Assembly (NCBI GenBank): GCA_963663165.1
Contig: OY760175.1
Coordinates: 3,488,001-3,552,000, forward strand
DNA: 64,000 bases
Direction of reading: 5' to 3'
Source: an uncultured Desulfospira sp.
GTDB taxonomy: Bacteria > Desulfobacterota > Desulfobacteria > Desulfobacterales > Desulfobacteraceae
The notes below the pieces were generated by a model. That model did not search any database, was not told the DNA's origin, and was given only the letters and a program-made list of their open reading frames with translations. Below, piece after piece: positions 58,082-64,000 of the stretch. Both the position numbers and the translations under genes were made by a program. Within the stretch, counting starts at the first letter, position 1. Every line of letters starts with the position of its first letter.

Positions 58082-59578
58082 TCATCGGGTTTGTGCCGGG
58101 TCTTTTGAATCCCGGGTTTCGGTCTGGGAAGTTTTGGATAAATCCAGAATTTGTTCGTTGAGATAGTCCTTGGTCTGATACCGCGATATTTTCATTATTT
58201 TTTTGGTAATATCAGACATCCGCTCAAGCTGCGCTTTTATTTTAAGGACGCTTTTTTGAACCGGTTCATTGTCCGGCAGATCCATCCGGAGCAGGTCAAG
58301 ATACCCGAAAGCCGACATCAACGGCTGGTTCATTTCATGGCAGACCGCACCGGACAGTTCAAGGATGCCCTGGATCCGGTCATTTTCCCGGAGGGTCCGC
58401 TCAGACTCTTTTCTACCGGTAATATCAGAGACCACAATGATATACCCCCTGGAAAGATCCCGGATATCAAAGGGACATGCCTGGAGGTTGCAGTCAAACA
58501 CCGAGCCGTCCCTTCGGATCCACTGGGTTTCCACATTGCAGGGATCCCATTTGGTAAAGCTGGCGGACGCCACCTCCCGGCCCACCCGCTCATATTCTTC
58601 CGGGTCCGCATACAACAGCGCCGTACTTTTGCTCAAAATTGAATCCTTTGGATATCCGACCATACGGCACAGGGTATCGTTGGCCCATTCCAGATTCCGG
58701 CCGACCACCAGCCCCATCCCCACAGGCGACGAGCGAAGGATGGCCGTTAACCGCCCTTCACTGGTTTTAAGCAGGTCCTGGGTCAGCTGGCGGTTCTGAA
58801 TTTCATTTTCAAGCTTCTGGTTTAGCCCCTCAAGTTCCCAGGTTCGCCGGGCAACCATCTCTTCTAAGTTGTCGCTGTGGCCTTTCAGGGACTGTTCAGC
58901 CTTTTTAAGATCATTCATCTGGGATTCGATGGTTTGGCCCATGTCAACCAGAACCGATACAATGGGTTCAAACTCCTGATACACTGCGGCCTCGACCCGG
59001 GGGCGGTAATCGCCTCTTGAATAGGATTGGGCAATGGCCGCCATACCGTCAATGGGGCCCCGGATGATTTTTCTGAGCAGAAAACCGGTCAGCACGGCCA
59101 TACCGGCAATCAGGATTAAAATGGCGGTGGCAATGGCCCTGAACATCTCATATTTGACCCGGGTGAATTCAAAGGAACTAAAAGAAAGCAGGATGGTGCC
59201 GATTTTTTCTTTGCCGTAATGAATATCCCGGGTCCGGACGGTTTCTTTGCCGGAGGCCGTTGTTTTGGCCCGGGTGTGCTTATCAATCATGGTGTTGCCT
59301 GACGCATCAATCAACTTGACCATAACAATGTATTCATTGCTGCTGTAGTAGCTGCAGATCATATCAATGCTTTCCCAGTCCATCCGCCACAGTGGGGCTT
59401 TTAAGGTGTTGGCCATGGAAGAAACGGCTTCGTTGGCCGTTTCTTCAAACCGCTGGTCTAATCTTCCGGATATCTGGACATAATACAGCCCTAAGAATGA
59501 ACAGGACAACAAGGCCATAACCGCCACCAGGCTGATGGTCAAATTTTTGGATATGGATCTTTTCCGATACCCTGTCAT
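58082..59578 (-). CDS. Membrane sensor (HAMP-PAS-HisKA) lacking an HATPase domain
   Basis: Two TM helices, PAS, AVCHEMNQPL H-box, then stop without N/G boxes. Confidence 0.82.
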   Translation of the reverse strand: MTGYRKRSISKNLTISLVAVMALLSCSFLGLYYVQISGRLDQRFEETANEAVSSMANTLKAPLWRMDWESIDMICSYYSSNEYIVMVKLIDASGNTMIDKHTRAKTTASGKETVRTRDIHYGKEKIGTILLSFSSFEFTRVKYEMFRAIATAILILIAGMAVLTGFLLRKIIRGPIDGMAAIAQSYSRGDYRPRVEAAVYQEFEPIVSVLVDMGQTIESQMNDLKKAEQSLKGHSDNLEEMVARRTWELEGLNQKLENEIQNRQLTQDLLKTSEGRLTAILRSSPVGMGLVVGRNLEWANDTLCRMVGYPKDSILSKSTALLYADPEEYERVGREVASASFTKWDPCNVETQWIRRDGSVFDCNLQACPFDIRDLSRGYIIVVSDITGRKESERTLRENDRIQGILELSGAVCHEMNQPLMSAFGYLDLLRMDLPDNEPVQKSVLKIKAQLERMSDITKKIMKISRYQTKDYLNEQILDLSKTSQTETRDSKDPAQTR

Positions 59579-60333
59579 TGAAGAATTCCAGTTGCCGGAT
59601 CACAGAGAACCGGCGGAATAAGGCCTTTGTCCAGGCACCGCCTTAAGGCCTGATTAAACCGCTCTAATAGTTTTGCGGACCCGGGGTACCCCTTGGATAC
59701 AATCAACCGAAGGGGGTTTAAGCTGATGGGGGGCCCGATGGTTTTAAAGTGTTTCACATGATCCGGAAAATGGTCGGAAATCAACTGGCGGCCCACCCGT
59801 TCATTGAGGGGAATCAGATCAAGCCGGCCCAGCCTTAGCATTTCCACCATGTGCAACTCCTTGTTGGTATAAAAGACATTCAATCCCTTTTTTTTAAAGG
59901 TTTCTTCATAGAAGTAACCGCCAACCCCGCCTATTCGATAAGGCTTTAAATCCTCTAAACGGACGATATCATAAAGGGGGAGAAATGCATCTTCAGTATA
60001 GCAGAAAAGCCGGGTCGTTGAACAGGACAAGGGATCGGAAAACCAAACCTTCTCGGATCTTTCTCTGGTGTATGAATAGGGGAACCCCGCCCATACCCTG
60101 TTTTTTTCCACCGAGTCAAAACACCTTCGCCAGGGATAAAAGCAATAGTCCGGTTCAATACCCATTTCCTTGAATACAATGGTGGCCAGCCGTGTAAATT
60201 CACCATACCCTTCCATCTTTCTGGAAGTGATGGGGGCCCACTCTCCCGTGGCGATTTTAAGACTCTGGGCACTGGAAACAGAACACCATAACAAAATAAC
60301 CAGGGCCCACAGGCTGTGTCGTAAAACTTTCAT
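59575..60333 (-). CDS. Family-3-like periplasmic substrate-binding protein
   Basis: Signal peptide; IATGEWAP, YPWRRC, FSDPL, LERFNQAL. Confidence 0.85.
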   Translation of the reverse strand: MKVLRHSLWALVILLWCSVSSAQSLKIATGEWAPITSRKMEGYGEFTRLATIVFKEMGIEPDYCFYPWRRCFDSVEKNRVWAGFPYSYTRERSEKVWFSDPLSCSTTRLFCYTEDAFLPLYDIVRLEDLKPYRIGGVGGYFYEETFKKKGLNVFYTNKELHMVEMLRLGRLDLIPLNERVGRQLISDHFPDHVKHFKTIGPPISLNPLRLIVSKGYPGSAKLLERFNQALRRCLDKGLIPPVLCDPATGILQ

Positions 60334-60499
60334 ATCATTTTACGTGGTGTTTGATCAGTTACTCCATGAAATTTTATAAGAAAGTCTCACTAACAAGCTG
60401 AAAAGACTTTCATTTTTCGTTGTGGGCGGTGCTTGGTTGGATAACCAAGACGGCCCGTGGCCGTTAGTAAATAAATTGTGGCGCTGCCCCTGAGCCCGG

Positions 60500-61165
60500 T
60501 TAGGAATTATCGTCATGCCACTGAAGGGCTCCTTTAAGAAAAATCGCTACTGATTCTACCACATTCTGGGAAAACTCAACAGCAAAGATCTCTATTTGTG
60601 CTTCTTTAAGCAGCCGGCGAACCTGGGGAGGGCTGTAAAACATTTGCCAGAGCCCGAAAATCAGGGCATAAATCCGCAAATGAACCTTTCGCCACTGGCC
60701 CATGGTCAGGCCGGGAAACAGCCGGCTGGTCAACTGGCTGCGTTGATCCAGAATCTGGGCCAGCTGAATTTTCACATCCAGAACAGCCCCTTTTCCGGGC
60801 TGCTCCCCTAACGCGCCGGTGGCCATGCCCCCCATTCTCAACAGCAGCGGATTTTCAACCACATACCGGGTGGTCACCCGGGCATATTGCTCAACACTGA
60901 TGGTGTCCGGACAATCTTCAAGTTCCTGTTCAACGGCCAGATGCCATTGCCTGAGCTGGTGGATAAACAGGTGGAGGATAATATCATCTTTGGTTTTGAA
61001 ATACAGATAAACACTGCCTTTGGACAGGCCCGCCTTTTCGGCAATAACCGAAACCGTGGGGAACTGCCCGTCCCCGCTCTTATAAAGATCCCAGGCGGTT
61101 TTCAAAATTTTCTCTTTGCGCTTAAGCTTGTCTTTCTCTTTGATGGCACGTTTCTGCACAGGCAT
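60500..61165 (-). CDS. TetR/AcrR-family regulator
   Basis: TVSVIAEKAGLSKGSVYLYFKTKDDI. Confidence 0.93.
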   Translation of the reverse strand: MPVQKRAIKEKDKLKRKEKILKTAWDLYKSGDGQFPTVSVIAEKAGLSKGSVYLYFKTKDDIILHLFIHQLRQWHLAVEQELEDCPDTISVEQYARVTTRYVVENPLLLRMGGMATGALGEQPGKGAVLDVKIQLAQILDQRSQLTSRLFPGLTMGQWRKVHLRIYALIFGLWQMFYSPPQVRRLLKEAQIEIFAVEFSQNVVESVAIFLKGALQWHDDNS

Positions 61166-61354
61166 GGTAAGGCCTTTTTCCTTTTCTTGGGTTTATCGGC
61201 GGTCGTGGTGTTGGGCACAATATACTACCAAACCCTTCGTCAATACAATTGCTATGCCATTAAAAAAATATTTGACTGTGGGGCCAGGTAACCGCGTTTG
61301 TAATCCGGCATGATATTGGGGTCTCATTGGTAAGTTTAATGTAGAAAAGGTAAT

Positions 61355-61423
61355 CAGACTGAAGGTGGTTAGGCGGAAGGGATGCGCAACCCTAAACCCC
61401 TTCAGCCTTCAGCCTAAATCCCT
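61355..61423. repeat. Second heptamer repeat hairpin (same family as 53138-53240)
   Basis: GACTGAAGGTGGTTAGGCGGAAGG ... CCTTCAGCCTTCAGCCTAA. Confidence 0.65.
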
Positions 61424-61467
61424 ACGTTTTATTGGAGATCAAATGTGATATTCCAAACACAAATACC

Positions 61468-61542
61468 TGACCATGGGTCATTTATATGTTGACAACCGAC
61501 CATTGGTCACTTATATTATGCAAAACTGACCGATGGTCAGTT
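61468..61542 (+). promoter_or_regulatory. Sigma70 promoter with three TGACC-N3-GGTCA operators
   Basis: TTGACA 61489 -17 bp- TATATT 61512; dyads at 61468, 61497 and 61527. Confidence 0.8.
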
Positions 61543-61590
61543 AAAAATAGCCGGGAAACCGGCATAAAGCATAACTTCAAGGAGGTTGTC

Positions 61591-61836
61591 ATGATAAAAA
61601 AAGGTTTTGTAATCTGCATCACCGTATTAGCCCTGGCCGGCTTTGGAACCGCACCCGCAGCCCAGGCATTTGTTGAACCGGTTTCCCTGACCCTTATCTT
61701 AGGCACGGCCTTTGTCGGCATTGTTTCAGGATCTGAGGCCGTTAAGCATGCGAAAGAAGAACAGGTAAAGGCTGACCAGAAGACCGAAAAGCCCCAGGAG
61801 GTTCAAGCAGTCACCAGCATCACCCCCGGATCATGA
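61591..61836 (+). CDS. Small exported/membrane hypothetical protein (81 aa)
   Basis: AAGGAGG RBS; signal peptide ending AQA; second hydrophobic helix; charged tail. Confidence 0.75.
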   Translation: MIKKGFVICITVLALAGFGTAPAAQAFVEPVSLTLILGTAFVGIVSGSEAVKHAKEEQVKADQKTEKPQEVQAVTSITPGS

Positions 61837-61846
61837 AAAAACAACT

Positions 61847-61885
61847 AAACCGGTGAAAGGACAACAAACGCCTTTCACCGGTTTT
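61847..61885 (+). terminator. Intrinsic terminator
   Basis: AAACCGGTGAAAGG-N10-CCTTTCACCGGTTTT just after the stop codon. Confidence 0.75.
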
Positions 61886-62248
61886 GGTTCGGACCTTACA
61901 CCCTGATTTTTGTCAAAATTCGCGAAACAAAACAACTGACGTATTCTTTGCCGGTAAATTTACCCTATGATCACAAATAACGGTTGGATTCAATAATGTC
62001 AATCGGTTACAAGCCAAAAAATGCCATACTTGATCATTTTTTTATGACATTTTTTCTCATTCTTAATTTGACCCATAAAAAACAAAAAATTGTAAAAGAC
62101 CCGAAAATAAAGGATCCTGGGTTATATTACTTGCTAGTAAAAATTCAAATCAAGGCTTGTAATGTCAGCCCGCTTTTGATAAAGTATTGCATATATTTGG
62201 TTAGTTCTGAGTATATTTGCAATACTTTATCAGGAGGTGCTGGTACAT

Positions 62249-62878
62249 ATGGACAAAACACCAGACCTGAAGCTGATTTCAGCCTTTCAGGAAAACAAAT
62301 GCTGGATGATCCAACCACTGGCCGAGCGAATGAACTACTCCATCCCTTCAGTTCGGCGATTCCTGGCCAAAACCGGTTACTTCAGCAGTTTTTCCCACAA
62401 TGGGAAATGGTACACCCTGGCCTCGATACCCCGTTTCAGCAGCAAGGGTCTTTGGTTTTACCGGGATATCGGTTTTTCAAGACATGGCCCGCTTACCCAT
62501 ACGCTGGTGAATCTGGTCGAGAAAAGCACATCGGGGATGACAGCCGATCAACTGGGGCAGTTGCTTCGGTGCCGCTGCCATGCCGTTCTGGTTCAATTAT
62601 ACCGCAAGGGGCAGCTGCAAAGACAAAAGCACGGCAGTTCCTATGTGTACCTGGCCATCGATCCTGTCAAAGCCGATGTTCAGGAAAAAGCCCTTCAAAC
62701 GGAATATACACCCCTGCCGGCGGAGTTGGCTGTACAGATCCTCGTGGTATTTATCCAGAAACCCGGTTTGGATTTGAAACAGTTGGCCAAATCTGTTTTT
62801 CAAAAAACAGGAGTGCGGATCAACACAGATCAGATTCAAACGCTTTTCGATACACACGGGATAAAAAAAAAGGCCTGA
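62249..62878 (+). CDS. IS OrfA, probable HTH DNA-binding protein
   Basis: AGGAGG RBS; LAERMNYSIPSVRRFL helix pattern; SSFSHNGKWYTL; ends in an A9 run. Confidence 0.75.
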   Translation: MDKTPDLKLISAFQENKCWMIQPLAERMNYSIPSVRRFLAKTGYFSSFSHNGKWYTLASIPRFSSKGLWFYRDIGFSRHGPLTHTLVNLVEKSTSGMTADQLGQLLRCRCHAVLVQLYRKGQLQRQKHGSSYVYLAIDPVKADVQEKALQTEYTPLPAELAVQILVVFIQKPGLDLKQLAKSVFQKTGVRINTDQIQTLFDTHGIKKKA

Positions 62879-64000
62879 ATTCCGGAGCCAAGGCCTGGCT
62901 CGCGCTCAGCCGGAATTTAACCCGGCTTTACCACGATACACTGCCGGGGGCATTGTTCCCGAATCCCCCGGACGTCAGGTTTCGGCCCAAAGAGAATCGT
63001 TGTTCTTGCGGCAGGACTCTTTTTGTCCAGAAAACCAGACGAAAAACCGTGTTTACCATGAGCGGTCCTTTTAAAGCCCATGAGACCCTGTACCACTGCC
63101 GGACATGCCGAAAAGTTTACCGTTCGAAAGATTTGCGGAACATCGTTGCCAGATATTGTAATGTGGCATGGGATGTCCTTGTCTTTGTCGGTAAAAGTCT
63201 TTACCATCGCTGTCTGACAACTGATGAGGTCTGCCTTGAACTTATGCTCAAAAATATTGATTTGAGCCCTTCAGAAGTCGAATACCTTGGACGCAAATTC
63301 ATTCTCTACCTCGCATTGGCGCACCAGCAGGCCACCCCTCGCATTGAACAGGCCATGAACCGCAGCGGCGGATACATATTGCACCTGGATGCCACCCATG
63401 AAGGAGATGCTCCAGTTCTGATGACCGGGATGGACGGTCTGAAGCAGATTGTACTGGGCAATGTAAAAATCCCCAGCGAACATACCGACCATATCGTACC
63501 TTTCCTTGAGCAACTGCAAAGAAACTACGGCCCCCCCATTGCCTGTGTCCATGACATGGGGACTGGTATCTGTAAAGCAGTGTCCCTGGTTTTTCCTGGT
63601 ACCCGAGACTTTGTCTGCCATTTTCATTTTCTGCGGGATGCTGGAAAGGATCTGCTCGAACCCTCTTACGGTCAATTAAGAAAAACCCTGCAAAAACATG
63701 CCGCCACCACCAGGCTGGGTGAAATTATCCGCGATCTTCACCAACGGATTGATAACCATGCTCTTGATGCGGAGCACCTGACAGCTGCCATTACAGAAGG
63801 ACATACGTTAGAAACTATGGATCAGACATCTTCGGCTTCGATCTATTCTCTGTGCCTGTGGTGCCTACAGGGTAAAAAAGAAGGAAACGGATATGGGTTC
63901 CCGTTTGATCGACCACTTCTGGCCTTTGCCCGCAGAATTGCGCAATTGAAAGATTCTCTACCCTCCATTCAAAAAAAGGTCCCCCGGGACAAAGTTGGAG
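62863..64000 (+). CDS. IS OrfB transposase (MULE/IS256-like motifs), 3' partial
   Basis: Manual translation is open to the window end: CSC...CRTC Zn-like motif, YILHLDATHE, CVHDMG, FVCHFHFLRD, GYGFPFDRP. Confidence 0.8.

Larger units (their letters stand above)
62158..64000 (+). mobile_element. Two-ORF insertion sequence (left part; left end approximate)
   Basis: OrfA overlapping a -1-frame DDE-type OrfB; candidate left end TGTAATGTCAG at 62158. Confidence 0.75.

Noticed and set aside
6052..61320. 34-bp direct repeat as att sites of a 55-kb island
   Set aside because: The enclosed DNA holds core-type genes (argD, vor, ilvE) and no integrase; a dispersed repeat is more likely.

Overview
Chromosomal window from an anaerobic deltaproteobacterium (Desulfobacteraceae-like; inferred from gene content, not from a marker gene). 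In order: a TonB receptor / YfiR / hybrid kinase / REC-PAS signalling operon; an ArsR-ArsP-thioredoxin-rhodanese-TauE operon; a HAD hydrolase, argD and a GGDEF protein; a radical SAM gene overlapping a homocitrate-synthase-like gene, followed by a Vor-type 2-oxoacid:ferredoxin oxidoreductase operon and a glutaredoxin; a ~7.1 kb binding-protein plus two-kinase block bounded by a 30-bp duplication of the glutaredoxin 3' end; a 5226-aa signal-peptide-bearing adhesin-like RHS protein with 852-bp tandem repeats and no adjacent immunity gene; an F8-like chemotaxis cluster; branched-chain amino acid/acyl-CoA genes; a TetR gene with three palindromic operators; and the start of a two-ORF insertion sequence with a probable -1 programmed frameshift. 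Intergenic regions hold REP-like palindromes, a 127-bp MITE-like hairpin and short-period repeat hairpins. No rRNA, tRNA or CRISPR array was seen. All product calls come from reading motifs; no database search was run.
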